This document shows positions 1-13,000 of a DNA stretch of 64,000 nt, in pieces (position 1 is the stretch's first letter; each line of letters opens with the position of its first letter). Source of the DNA: Psilocybe cubensis (Eukaryota); assembly GCA_017499595.2 (NCBI GenBank), contig CM039008.1:186001-250000 (forward strand), in the 5' to 3' direction. The position numbers and the translations under genes are program-made. Under the pieces are notes generated by a model. It made no database searches. It had not been told where the DNA came from and worked only from the letters and a program-made list of their open reading frames with translations.

Positions 1-187
1 AAAATCGACCGATTAACTAGACTTACTTCTTCAAGGTAAGCAGAAGGTCTGTGCGTGTGAACCTAATGAACCTCCGCGCGGCCGGAATACTTGTGCCGAG
101 ATTGCACTTGTCGTTTTGCTCATTAAAATGCCGTAAAGCAGGCGTGGCGTCAGCACAACAGGGCAACGCAGGTTACGACCACATCTC

Positions 188-2328
188 ATGGGTTGTTGTA
201 TCTCTGTTATCTCACCTAGCTCAACCAAATCTAAGAGAACTTCTCAACCTCTCGAAAACCCCACTTTTCGACGACCTTCATCCATCTGTCAAGTATGTTG
301 GGAAACAGTATTCTCTGTACAGCTTGGCTTGTTATGCAAGCCGCTAGTTCGCACCGATGCTGACGAACCACCAAGAGGAGGCCTTTCTTACACAATTACA
401 ATGGAAGATATCAAAAAGAATGCTTTTTCTGAATGCCAATGGTGCATGTTCATTCTCACACTTATACAGGAAGACACTCGTAGATCAGGGAGTGGTACAC
501 TCGACATTATCATGGGTATCAGACCTCAAAACGGCTACCTAGGATCGCCAAAGAACACACAAGCGCTTTGCATATACATCAACAACTTTCTAAGCTTTGA
601 AGGATTTTTATATGCTGATGCAGGTATTCGGCGCAGTTCCTTACTTATATAATCCATATTCACCGGATTGAGTCAGACAGTCCATCAGCAGAGTATATTA
701 CTGCTAGAAGTCGTATCATCGAGGTCGGGTCTTCTCAGGCCCTCTCACTATGCAAAAAGCACCTGGACGAGTGTGTACGCTCTCATAAACGTTGTTCTCC
801 ACGCGTCGACCCATGTCCTCCATTACCCACCCGCGTGATAGATTGCAGCGACGCCAACAATCCCCGACTTGTGGAGACAACAAACCTAGAAGGCTCGTAC
901 TGCACACTAAGCTACGTCTGGGGTGAAGCCCAACCTCACAGTACCAATAAAAACAACATCAAGGCATATACTGACAAAATTGACACTACGCGTCTCCCCA
1001 AGACCATACTTAATGCGATCCACACCACCACTGCACTGGGTTTGCGTTACCTCTGGATAGACTCCCTATGCATAATTCAAGACTCTGAAGACGACAAGTT
1101 GCTTGAGATCGCGCGCATGGGGCACATTTACCGCAATGCATATGTTACCATCATTGCTGCGAGTGCTCAACGCGTAAGCACAGGATTCTTGGAGCCACGC
1201 CCGCCCGTTCCACCTGCCCAGTTTCCGCGTGACATTTCCATGCCGTTCCCCTGCTTCCCAGAAGAAGAAGGAAATCGTACCCCTTTCACCCTCGGAACCG
1301 TGCGCATGTCCCCTACATCATTTTACGCAGAGTCAGAGGATACGTTCGACAAATGGTCCGACTACTTCCCAGGAATGGAGCCCGTAAACGAGCGCGCGTG
1401 GTGTCTGCAGGAATACGCTATGTCTCCACGCGCACTCGTCTTCGCGTCCCATACGGTACAGTTTCACTGTCGTACTGGGGGCGCGCAGAATGTCGGCGGG
1501 TCATATGGTGACCACCCAGACCGCGAAAATCTGCTTCCTGCCTCCTTCTTCGCACAAGAAGGTTCAAAAGATGTGAAAACGGTGACCCGAGGCTCGCCAG
1601 CCTGGGTATCCGCGCGGTTCGCATGGCACTCTGCGGTAGAGGGATATACGCGCCGTGCGCTTACGAAACCCGAGGACAAATTTGTGGCTTTTGCCGGTGT
1701 TGCAGAGGCATTCCAGCCTGTTTGGGGCGGGGTCTACCTTGCAGGACTGTGGCAGGACACACTCCTCTCCGATTTACTTTGGTCAAAGTTTGCTGATATG
1801 GATATGCCACGTCCAAAAGTTTACCGTGCACCATCATGGTCGTGGGCATCTATAGACGGATCTATCATTCCTGGAAAGCTATATGATAAAGAGTTGCATG
1901 AAGGGGATACTCTTGCCAGTGTTATCGACTGCAAAGTGGAGCTAAAATACAGTGAGCACCCGTTTGGAGAGGTTAATAGGGGTGTTCTGGTTCTTCGTGC
2001 ACCTCTAGAGGAATGCAGGTGGGATATTCAAAATTCTAAACTGTTGTATCATAAGCGGGATAGCAAAGAGGGCTTCGAACAGAAATGGATTGGGACTGGG
2101 TCCATTGACAGCGAAGACGACCAGGACATTCATGATGTATTCGCCATATCCATATACCGAAAAAACGCAGAGGTTGAAGGCATCATCCTTGCTAAACTGT
2201 CAAAAAACAGTCTTGAACCGAATAACAAGACAAAATATCGTAGAATTGGATATTTCGACTCACATGGCATGGGAGGCACTGCCAGTTGGCTTGACTCTGC
2301 ACAGGTTGAAGAAGTCATTGTTGTGTAG
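188..2328 (+). CDS. HET-domain (heterokaryon incompatibility, PF06985-like) protein, 2 exons
   Basis: ORF 188.. joins via a GT-AG intron (~624-676) to exon 2, which reads ...HKRCSP...LPTRVIDC, YCTLSYVWG, LGLRYLWIDSLCIIQD, MGHIYRNAYVTIIA, RAWCLQE and YRAPSWSWAS, all hallmark HET-domain motifs. The N-terminus is MGCCIS. Confidence 0.9.
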
Positions 2329-3088
2329 TAGTACACCCAGAGTACACCTAATTTTGTGAATACGTTACGTCATTTACAACAAACAGATAATGTGTCCATG
2401 GAGCAACTTGACAAGGACATAGTCAAAATTTTCAGGAGGCGAATTAGGTATCTGTGGGAGCTATTATCCAGACCAGGGTAATTTGAGACAGCAAAGGGTG
2501 GGCTGTCATGTACAGTCCGAAAAGTCTTTATAATTACTTGTCAATGCAAGGAAGGATAAAACTGTATTGTGGAAACAATTTAAGAAAAAATGTAGCATTA
2601 CGAATTTGTTGATTACCTGAAAATAAGGGCAAGTACAATGTCAGCGGTTCTCAGCCGCGTCATGGACAAGAACCTGCACTTTATTTGGGCACTTAGCCGT
2701 GCAAGGTATACTCCAGCGCCACAAATTATAATAGGTCTTTGAAATCCGTGGGCAAAGAACAAGATATTTGGTTCGCACGGAAGATCGGAACACCGCTCAA
2801 AAGCCGGAACACTTCAAGCAGCCTCTATCCACAAGTCAACAGTGCCTGAATAATGTTACAGATACAATTCATCCTGTTCTTTTCTTCTCAAGGATGACGC
2901 CACCTTTCGGTCATACGATATTGATTAGCGTAGTGATCATCTTGTCAGAAACGAATCAGAACCGGGTGTAACTGTTCAGAAAATGGACCAGAAGACGGAC
3001 TAAACTTATATCAACGCCACCGCGCCGGTCTATAAGACGGGCGAACGTCGAGAGAGTATTCAACAAAATCATAACCCGGTAGAGCACG

Positions 3089-3673
3089 ATGCCTAAAGTA
3101 TGTGATCATAACATACACAGTCTGTTACGCCGTCGCTGATGTTTTATTCGATAGCATATTCCAGTACACCACTACCTGCATAAGCCCTACGAGCTCTTTC
3201 CAAAGGGAACTATTCACCCAGAGATCGAACACCACGACCACCCAAGCGATGCGGAGCATTATCTCCTCCCAGCAGTATTCACCTTGGAGAAAGGCGATGC
3301 CGTCATCCTCAAGTACCCCGGCCCTGGTGTCTACTTCATCCATGAAGGTGTGCACCCATTATAATATTACTGACATAGGCCTTGCATGATACTGATGTAT
3401 CATGCGCTTGCGCAACTGTAGGAGAGATCCAGTACGAAGACACTGCCAAGCCAGAGGAAGGGACTATTGTATCCAAAGCAGGCTCTGTCATTCATATTGA
3501 AAATGGCGCCGCTCTCCGATGGCACTCCCCTTCCATTGCCAAAGGTCAGTGTAGCTGGGAAGATAGTTTTTTAGATATTATTAACCCACTTCAACGTTAC
3601 TTGAACAGGATTTGCTGTGTTTTATGTTCCAGTATCAATCAAGAGCTTTGACTCATTTGTAGTCACCGAGTAA
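3089..3673 (+). CDS. EutQ-like cupin, array copy 1 (4 exons)
   Basis: Exons approx 3089-3097, 3155-3347, 3422-3544, 3609-3673 with GT-AG introns. Spliced protein: MPKHIPVHHYLHKPYELFPKGTIHPEIEHHDHPSDAEHYLLPAVFTLEKGDAVILKYPGPGVYFIHEGEIQYEDTAKPEEGTIVSKAGSVIHIENGAALRWHSPSIAKGFAVFYVPVSIKSFDSFVVTE. Spacing of the two cupin motifs resembles EutQ (recognised by eye). Confidence 0.85.
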
Positions 3674-4892
3674 ATCCTTCAGCATCCCTAAATAGTCTGT
3701 AAAGATACATGCACATAAAGATACGACAAGAATGAATATCTACAGCTCGAATATGATATTGTAATAAAGTTTTCTTGTTTAGCATGACTCGACCGACTAG
3801 CATTGATATATATCAAGAGCAGCCGAATATTATTTGTTGAATGGTCTGACTGTCCCTCGATATGGTTCTCTCACCTGCTTGTTCCGATAATTAATAAAGG
3901 ATGTCAATGGCATAACAACCTGGAAATACCATGGAGCTTGCAACTGACGAGATTACAGGTAGCATATTTGTTCACATCTGCTAAATCCATCAGCTTTTTT
4001 GGCAGGTCTCTTTTAAGGAAAAAGTTCACAGTTATTGCATTTTATGACACTCCAGCCCACGAAGTGTAATACCCCATTGACGATGTATAGATGTATTAGG
4101 TGAGGTTCTTGACGATGTTGGAATTCGGCACTCTGTCATTACATTCTCCCACGATGGCCTGAGCACGGACCATTTGGACATGGCGACTCTTTAGGGCAGG
4201 TTTCCCTTCGTCAAGTCACGAGTTGGTTAAAAAACGCCCCCTTATATCAGCCTCATCATGGTCCGGGGTACTCGAACTTCACAGTACTTTAGTACCGAAG
4301 TACTCAAGTACTCAGTACGCAATATTTCAAGATTTCCAACTTCAAGCTTTCAGCTTCACTTAACGTGATATAATACAACAAGCTTATCGAAAATTTTAAC
4401 TTTGAATTTATTTTCACAAGATGGATGCTTTCAAGCTAGGCTTTGACCACGTTTCACTGCAATTCGTTCAAGCATTTTTGCAAAAACAAGGTTATAGACC
4501 GTTACTTGCAAATCGGCCAAATAAGTCTAGCGCTGATGAGCAACATTGTAGGTCATTTAATAACGACGTAGTGAAGCAACATCACACTCCGACCGGAATC
4601 AAGTTCCTCAGCTATAAATTCATCATTTTGAATGTCAACAGTTGTATAACATCTAAACCCCTTACCACATTATATTTGCAGATACCTGGGTAAGCTGATA
4701 TACATTTGACTATTTCTGCCTCCTTTATCTGATAACCAACTTATTTATATTGACCTAGACAACAAATCGCCGTTCAGAGAAGCACGTTATGAGTAGCCTG
4801 ATAACTTGATATAGCTGAACGCTTCAATGTTGATCCCCCGTAGCACTATAAAGATCCGTGAAAACCATCCGGTGTGCAAGGAAAGTTTCAAA

Positions 4893-5468
4893 ATGCCTGT
4901 AGTGGGTGCCGTTCATTCAATTTCACCTTTCCGAGGACTATGTAACTCATATGCACACAGCACATCCCCGCAGAAGAATACACAGTGAACCCATACAAAT
5001 ATGCTCCAAAAACAGTCGTGCATCCGGCTGTTGAAATACATGATCATCCTAGTAACACAGAGCGCTATCTTTTTCCTGCTGTCTTTGTCGTGGAGAACGG
5101 CGGTAAGGTCACGGAAAAATATCCAGGGCCATGTGTCTATTACATTACGGAAGGTATGGATACCCAAATTTAAATTCTTTTCCAGCCTGCGTTGTTGACT
5201 TCTACAATGTCACACACTAGGAGAAATAGAATACGAGGATCTATCAAATCCTGGTTCTATTACTGTGCTACACACTGGGTCTGTGGTGCACATTGAGGAA
5301 GGTGCTGTTATACGATGGAAATGCAACTCTAGCACAGGAGCAAAAGGTTATGAACGAGAAATGTTTATACTGAATCTTTATCTTACCATATATCACGCAG
5401 GCTTTGCTGTGGCATATGTTCCGACATCAGTTGAACGGGCTGATGACTTCGTTGTAGGGGTAGAGTAA
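4893..5468 (+). CDS. EutQ-like cupin, array copy 2
   Basis: Same 4-exon layout: MPV|HIPAEEYTVNPYKYAPKTVVHPAVEIHDHPSNTERYLFPAVF...KYPGPCVYYITEG|EIEYEDLSNPGSITVLHTGSVVHIEEGAVIRW...K|GFAVAYVPTSVERADDFVVGVE*. Confidence 0.85.
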
Positions 5469-6958
5469 TTTAACTTGGTATCCCAGTTGGAAGAATCCAG
5501 GGAGGATGTTATTGCTAACATGGCAGGCTTATATGAAATTGCAATTTTGGAGGGTCATTACAAATGTGAAAAAATGGAGTATGAAGCACGTTCCTTACAA
5601 AAATTCCCAAATCGGCGAGTCTGAATACTCATGGAGGAGGCGAGACCCTTGAGTACAATATGTTCCATTATCTTCTGCAACATACTTAAGTTGGTAACGC
5701 AGACATTGGAGAACGCACGTCACTTCAATATGAACCCTCCGGCGTCGGGGAATAATTTCATAACTTGGTACGCAAGTGTAGCTGCATTGGGCTCTCTCAG
5801 TGTCGGTTCTCGTAAAAATAAGAGACTGTCCATCAAACTACCAGATTTGCAACACAACTCTGGGAGTGTTTGCGATATAGCCAATTCTCCTAGTCCCGCA
5901 GAACCGTACATTTTGGTATATATTGCACCATAGACGTTTCAGCATCGAAAGATTCCATATTCAAGCATAAAGAGAAGATAAACTGTATCCTAAACACGGA
6001 CTCATAGGCAGGAAAGTAGGTGATCAGACTATCGATCATCACTAACACGTCAGATGGGCCCAGAGAACAATGACGAATTCATGTCTGTTGACATCGAAAA
6101 TTCTGCCATGGAACAATTCCGTCTATTTGAGCGGTAAGTTAGTAAGGACAATACAAATGACAGTCATGTATTGGAAAGAAATTGTGTGAAACGCACTCGT
6201 TCTGTGCTATATTCGTTATTGATGCCTATAATCAGAAAATGATGGCTTCTAAGATCTGTCTTTGATAACTATTCATAGTAGCTGATAACGACTGCATGAT
6301 GGATCTAGCTCTTGCACTGTCGAAAGAAGTTTTATGCGCGCGGGTCTGGGTGCCTATATGCTGGTGACCCATTACTGTCTAATATCAGTAAGGTGAGATT
6401 CATATATATTGTATTGTAGCGATTGGAAGTAAAACAACGTAGTGCAGAGTTCATGAAAATCAAAGTACAGTGCAAGGCTCATTGTAATGTATATGTGCAA
6501 GGCTCATTGTAATATATATATATATATTGTATATTAAGTCTGGAAGACGAAGTATCCATTTAGTTACTGTGGTTTTAGTAATATTTTACATGCACTCGTA
6601 CCGTTTAAATACAATATTATTGCTAATATCCCTGAATATCTGTCAAGAAATTCTCAGGTTAGCGCGCTCAGACAAATGTACGGAAATGAACTTAAAGAAG
6701 CTCCGAACAACGAAGTCGCTTGAAAGGATAGAACCATTTATCGAAGATTGGACCCGCTATATTCAAAACCAAGTAGGGTCCCTTTCATCGTCTGAAATGA
6801 AGTCTATGGTCAGCAGATGACTCGGTACTTTGTAGTTGCGAGCTTGCAAAATCTTTGACAGCTCTAGCTAAGAATACAACTTGGTGGAGAGTATAAAATG
6901 CAGAAAATCGTTCGTCCTCGAGCAAACCAAGCCCCTTCCTTCTCTGTTAAAGTTGAAG

Positions 6959-7516
6959 ATGCCTAAAGTATATGTTAACGCTACCAACGATTTCCGTAGT
7001 GCTAACATATATGTATTAGCATATTCTCAAGGAGAATTACCATAAAAATGCCTATGAACTCTTCCCCAACGGAACCATTCATCCAGATATCGAACATCAT
7101 GATCATCCCAGCCACGTTACGCACCATCTTCTTCCTGTCATTTTCACGCTGGAAAAAGGTGACCCGGCCGTCCTCAAAGCTCATGGACCGGGCGTCTATT
7201 ATTTCACGGAGGGTAAATGACTTTATCCATCACCATTTTCGGCGTCTTCTTTCACTTAATGGGTTTGTTTAGGTGAATGCCAGTATGAGGATCTTGCACA
7301 TCCAGGGAAAATCAACGTAGTCAGCGCCGGTGCTGTTGTCCATATCGACGAGGGTTCGGCTCTCCGTTGGTCATCGCCTTCCGTAGCGAAAGGTTGTAAA
7401 CAATTTTATATCAATCGTAACGCCACATTGCTTATTTACGCACTGAAACAGGATTTGGAGCATTTTACCTCCCCGTATCCATCAAGAGTTTTGACTGTTT
7501 CGTTGTATCTGCATAA
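6959..7516 (+). CDS. EutQ-like cupin, array copy 3
   Basis: MPK|HILKENYHKNAYELFPNGTIHPDIEHHDHPSHVTHHLLPVIFTLEKGDPAVLKAHGPGVYYFTEG|ECQYEDLAHPGKINVVSAGAVVHIDEGSALRW...K|GFGAFYLPVSIKSFDCFVVSA*. Confidence 0.85.
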
Positions 7517-8139
7517 ACCAGTCTTTCCTTGACTACCGTAATCGAGACGGATTCAACCGAGAAAATAAGTCGATGTAAATATGAAATACTTCCCTGATAC
7601 AATCCCATACGGTCGTTTAAATGATATATTCCACCTATGGGTTTAGCGTCAATTTTTGAAGGAAAGTCTTAAAGCCTTAGCATTGCCATTTCCGGGAAGT
7701 GGATACTTTTACTTCTACCCCGGCATACTTTCGCATAGGTAAAACAAGTTCAGAACAATATGTCCGCATGCAGAACGCACATCCTGTTGAATAAGTGGTG
7801 TTCAGCGGAATAGTTCGGCTGCCTTTATGTTTAGACTCCGCTTGAATTCCTGAACGCACGGACCTCTGCGCGGGTGTCTTCAAATTGTATCAAATGAAAC
7901 GCGCCGACCACCTACAATGGAATTCCATGAACGAAACTAACTTTGTGCACTTCGAAGATGCGCAACTAGCAGTTTCCAGCAATAATTCATTCTGCATCTT
8001 TCTGATTAATGCTTTTAAATCTTATCTGGTAGCATGTAACAATGTATTGAACGTTTGATGGGTTTTATACTCTCGCATATTACAAGCCGTTTCTGATACT
8101 CCAACTTCATCATCAACGGTTTGTCTCGGCTCCCAGCGA

Positions 8140-8741
8140 TTACTCGTTTACTATAAACTCATCAATGCTCTTCACAGTAATCGGAACATAGAAAACACCG
8201 AAGCCTATAAAATAGATCAAGAGTAAGTCAGTGAATGTCATAAATAGCAGTATTGCAAGATCTATCCCATACCTTTGGCACCTTCAGGGGAACTGCAGTG
8301 CCAGCGGAAAACTGACCCCTCTTCAACGTGCAGCACAGAGCCTGCTTTCATCGCAATGTGTGATCCGGGATTGTCGTGGTCTTCATGCTTCAATTCGCCT
8401 ATTTTATTTTAGGTAAACGGATGTAGTACCCGAGCGTCAGCATACAGTGATTGCACGCCTCACGTTACTTACCCTCACTGAAGTAGAAAACGCCTTGGCC
8501 AGGGTACTTGGCGACGAACTGGGCACCTTGCGCGATGGAGAAGACCGTGGGAAGGAGGTAGTGCGTTACCTCGCCTTCATGGTCGTGGTGCTCGATATCA
8601 GGGTGGATGATAGTTTTATCGACGAGCTCGTACGGGTTCTCGCTGTAGTGCTGGTGTGGGATATGCTACGCAAGTGTCCAAATCAGTTTCTCGCAACTGT
8701 ACGACTAATCTGGATTCTTGATTTCTACGTACCTTGGGCAT
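8140..8741 (-). CDS. EutQ-like cupin, array copy 4
   Basis: Minus strand: MPK|HIPHQHYSENPYELVDKTIIHPDIEHHDHEGEVTHYLLPTVF...KYPGQGVFYFSEG|ELKHEDHDNPGSHIAMKAGSVLHVEEGSVFRW...K|GFGVFYVPITVKSIDEFIVNE*. Confidence 0.85.
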
Positions 8742-9680
8742 TGTTTATCTTGAATCTGTTAGAATCTGGAACTTGGTTTGGTAGGTTGACCCGTGTTTCT
8801 ATGTGTCTTTTATAGCTAAGACATGCATGATCAGCTGAAGAGGGCACTCTAACTTCTGTTTTCATTAACTGTTCAATTTCTGACATACAGATGGCATTTC
8901 TGAGTATACTGCTCATTCATTTGTTTCGATCAACCCGCCATGTATCGCTTCAGGGGAACGATACACAGAAAGCAGTTACAGGAAACAACACGGGTTGCTT
9001 CTGTGTCAACGTCGACGGGACTTTGGACGGGCATAGTGGATGACTTTATCAGCTTAGAATGATGTTACTAGTGTATCTCTTAATGAACTAGCGCATGCAA
9101 CAGTGCTATACATTGAGGAAAAATCTCACGCGCTATAGTTAGAGGTCCAGGTGACTATACCACACAGGAACCAGGAGGACTTGCTAAGGTGTGGCATAAA
9201 ACGACATATAAACTCACATTCCCTAATTTACCTCTTTCTGCGTAGATATATATAGATGTCGTGTCAAATGATTGCCCACACGACTTGACATATCTCGAGA
9301 GGTTTGATGAGTACAGTTAGCTGCATTCGAGAGTCTCACGGCAATGTTCCACCACAGTCTCCGTAATTCGCCTCCAGCGCTCATCGCGCCATCTTGCTTC
9401 TTTCTTGCATGACACAACGAGAGATAGTTCGCTCTTTGAATTGCTCATACGCCGTGGCAAACTGCTGCATTCAGAACTTCCTGTGATGTAGATGACATGC
9501 GTACGTGCAAGGAATCTGATAGTGAACCGTTCCGATCGCGCCCCTCAACTTCATATATCAAATCAAAGCGAGCAATACATCGACTGCCCATACCCCAAAC
9601 CGACTGCGATCCGAGTATCCAGCACCACGGCTAGACCAACGGAACTAAAATACTGCCGTCCCCCGTCTGTTGTGGGTAGA

Positions 9681-9979
9681 TGTAAGCCTGGAGACTTACC
9701 ACACACGCAAACACGCACCGCAGGCGGACGCGCACAACAAAACGGCGCACAAACGCGAGCCCAGATTGGGTCTCGCTAATCAACTTACAAAGATATTGAG
9801 ACCGAAAGACAAAAGGGAAACAAATGACCTTCGTTGCTTGACTAGAACGCTACGCAACGAAGGTAAATATATTATAGTAATTTACTACACATCATGTATT
9901 GACTAGAACGCTACGCAACGAAGAGAGCGTTGTCCCTTCTGTTTCAGCGAGTGAGGCTGCCGATCCCGACAGCCTTCCA
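9681..9979 (+). repeat. 5' LTR of the chromovirus element
   Basis: Direct repeat of 15024-15322; contains an internal duplication GACTAGAACGCTACGCAACGAAG. Confidence 0.95.
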
Positions 9980-10036
9980 CTTTTTTTTTGAAGCCGACTA
10001 CGTACCACCGCCGCACACTGTTACCGTTACCGTAAA

Positions 10037-13000
10037 TTGCCCACACTGTATACCGAATCGTCGCGGACCACTCGAGCGTCGACCCAACGACGAGAAGAGC
10101 TTGGATTACCCTCAGAGCTTGTTCCAGGCCTTACTGTTTTCCGCAAACCACGAACTGAACCCCAAGGTCCACCGCCGTCACCGTCTGCCTCATCAGTGAA
10201 TCTCAGCTTCTCAGATTCAGCGACCTCTAACTCAGAGGACGAAGACCATACCGACACACACACTCCCACCGCGATCAGCAATCCGATCAGAGATCGACGC
10301 AATCGCCGCAACCCTAGGTATCCCACCGTTGTCAGAGTCAAGATGCCAAACGATGACGATAAACCGCTCGCTACGGTTGTCCAAAATAAGATGAAGGACG
10401 TACCGATTCTCACACCAGGGAAGATTGATCCTCTGGTAATGCAGCAGTGGGCGGTTGCTTGCCGCAAATACATGAAGCATGCAGCGAAGTCGCCAAAAGA
10501 AGTTGTGAAGTTTGTGGCCGATGGAATGCAAGAACCAAGACTGGTGGCTTGGTATCAAGCAGATTCCACACGGATTGATGAACTGCCGCTGGAGAAATAT
10601 CTGGAGGAGCTTCAAGTGCTCGTGTTGGAGAAGAAGTGGGCTCACAAAGTCCGTGAACAGATCCTAACGTCCTATCAGGGCGACCGTATTTTCATCGACT
10701 GGAAGATCGAAATGGAGAATTTGAATGCGATCTTGAAGACGATGGCACCAGAGGGGTACGCCTTCCCCAATGAAGCATTGAAGATACAGCTCGAGTCACA
10801 CTTGAACCAGGAGCTTCGTGAGTCGCTCGGATTCGAGCCAGTCAAGGCCACCGAATTAGCCGCCTGGTCACTGGAAGTAAAGGACCGTGACGACCGCCTT
10901 CGTGAGGAACGTGCACGCACCCAACGTCAAATCGATGCGAGCTACGCAACACGAGTGGCTGCACGCAGGCTTGACAAGAAATCCTTGTTATTGCGTCTCT
11001 CGGATAGTCCAAATCCCAACCCTCGACCATCAAACAGCGAGTTCGATAATGGGGTGCGAAGGCCACTGTTACCTAAAATCACAGCAGAAGAACGTACATT
11101 ACTCGACAATCACAATGGCTGTACCAAATGCCGTCGATTTTACGTCAACCACCGCGCAAGGAACTGCCCAAATGGATGGCCAACAGCAAACGGATACAAG
11201 ACCCTTACAGAAGAGATGGCATTAAAGGCACAACGTGAGAAGGATGCCAAAGAGCAGGGCACTAGGAAGTCCTTGCCCGTGGGGCAAATCAATGCTTCCT
11301 CCTCATATACCGTGCATGACGAGGAGACAGATTCTGATTCGTACGTCCCTACCATGTCTATGACCGTTCCGCACCTCTTTCCAGTTATGGAGATTGAGGG
11401 GCCAGCGGTTGTGGATTTTCCTCTTCGCATTCGACCAATGCTTGATACGGGATCTCCTTCCACAGTGATTGACGAGACACTCGTCACCCAGCTCGGCCTC
11501 CCCCGATATCCACTACCACCCGCCGAGGACAATTTGTCATCGATTGACAATACACCGCTAGAATGCAGGGAGTATGTTAAGATTCGGGTTGCATCAGGAA
11601 ACGGGAGCTGGATATCACGGACACATAAAGCAAAGATTCATCAAAACCTATCTATACCGCTGCTACTTGGATTGTCATTTCTTTCCCCAGAAAATATAGT
11701 CATTGATACTCGGAAACGAACGGCTATTGATAAGCGTTCTGGATATGATTTAATGAATCCACCAACAAGAGATACTCTTGCTGCAAAGAGCACTGCTATC
11801 TGTGAGGGATTAAAGACGGACGCAGGGATAGATCAGGACAAACAGAGAAGATCAGCCATGGCAAAGGAACAACATCTGCGATCACAGGTCGAACCAGAGA
11901 GTGCAAAACAGTTGGTAGCAGCGATTAATGAGCAAATCAGCAACATTCAATTTCAGCAGAAGCTATTGCGCATGGACAAAGAAATGAAAGAGAAATATCG
12001 AGATCGCTTTCCTGACCGCCTACCAGACAACGTAGATATTCCTGATCACATATATCACCGGATACGATTGGTGGACAAAGACAAGATACATGCGGGTCGA
12101 GGATACGCTGCTCCAAAGAAATATCACGATGCATGGAAGAAGCTTCTTGACGAGCATCTGGCCGCGGGACGTATCCGACCATCCTCATCTGAATATGCAT
12201 CGCCAGCATTCTGCATTCCAAAGTATAAAAACGGAGTACCTGACCTGTCAGTACCACCACGATGGGTAAACGATTATTGGGAGATCAATAAGAACACTAT
12301 ATCTGACAAATTTCCACTTCCACGAGTAGATGACATTCTTGCAGACTGTGGAAAAGGCAAATTCTTTGCAAAATTAGACATGACCAACAGTTTCTTCCAA
12401 ACACGAGTACACCCAGACGACATTCACTTGACAGCTGTGCGTACACCATGGGGCCTATACGAATGGGTTGTGATGCCAATGGGCGGGAAGAATGCGCCAG
12501 CTACACATCAACGGCGAATGACAGATGCATTACGGGAACTCATTGCACAAGTATGTCACGTCTATCTAGACGATATTGTGATCTGGGCAGACACCTTGGA
12601 ACAACTATCAGAACGAGTAGAAAAGGTCTTGAAAGCGCTTCGGAAAGCGGGACTTTATTGTAATGCAAAGAAATCAGTCCTTTTTGCAACTGAAATTATC
12701 TTTCTGGGACATGTTATTTCCGCAAACGGCATTCACGCAGACCCTGCAAAGACAGACCGAATCAAGAAATGGCCACGACCAACAAACGCAACAAATGTAC
12801 GTGGATTTCTAGGACTCACAAGATATCTGGCTGTCTTTCTCCCTGCGCTCGCGGAACATACTAGCATCTTATCACCACTGACAAGCAAAGAATGCGATCG
12901 CGACTTCCCCAAATGGACCGCCGATCATGATCGAGCCTTTAACGCAATCAAGGAACTGGTTACAGGGGCGGAATGCCTCACTGTCATTGATTACGATGAC

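Noticed and set aside
5631..6820. Short ORFs and an 18-bp duplication with a (TA)n tract between cupin copies 2 and 3
   Set aside because: No motifs or convincing gene structure; ordinary intergenic sequence.
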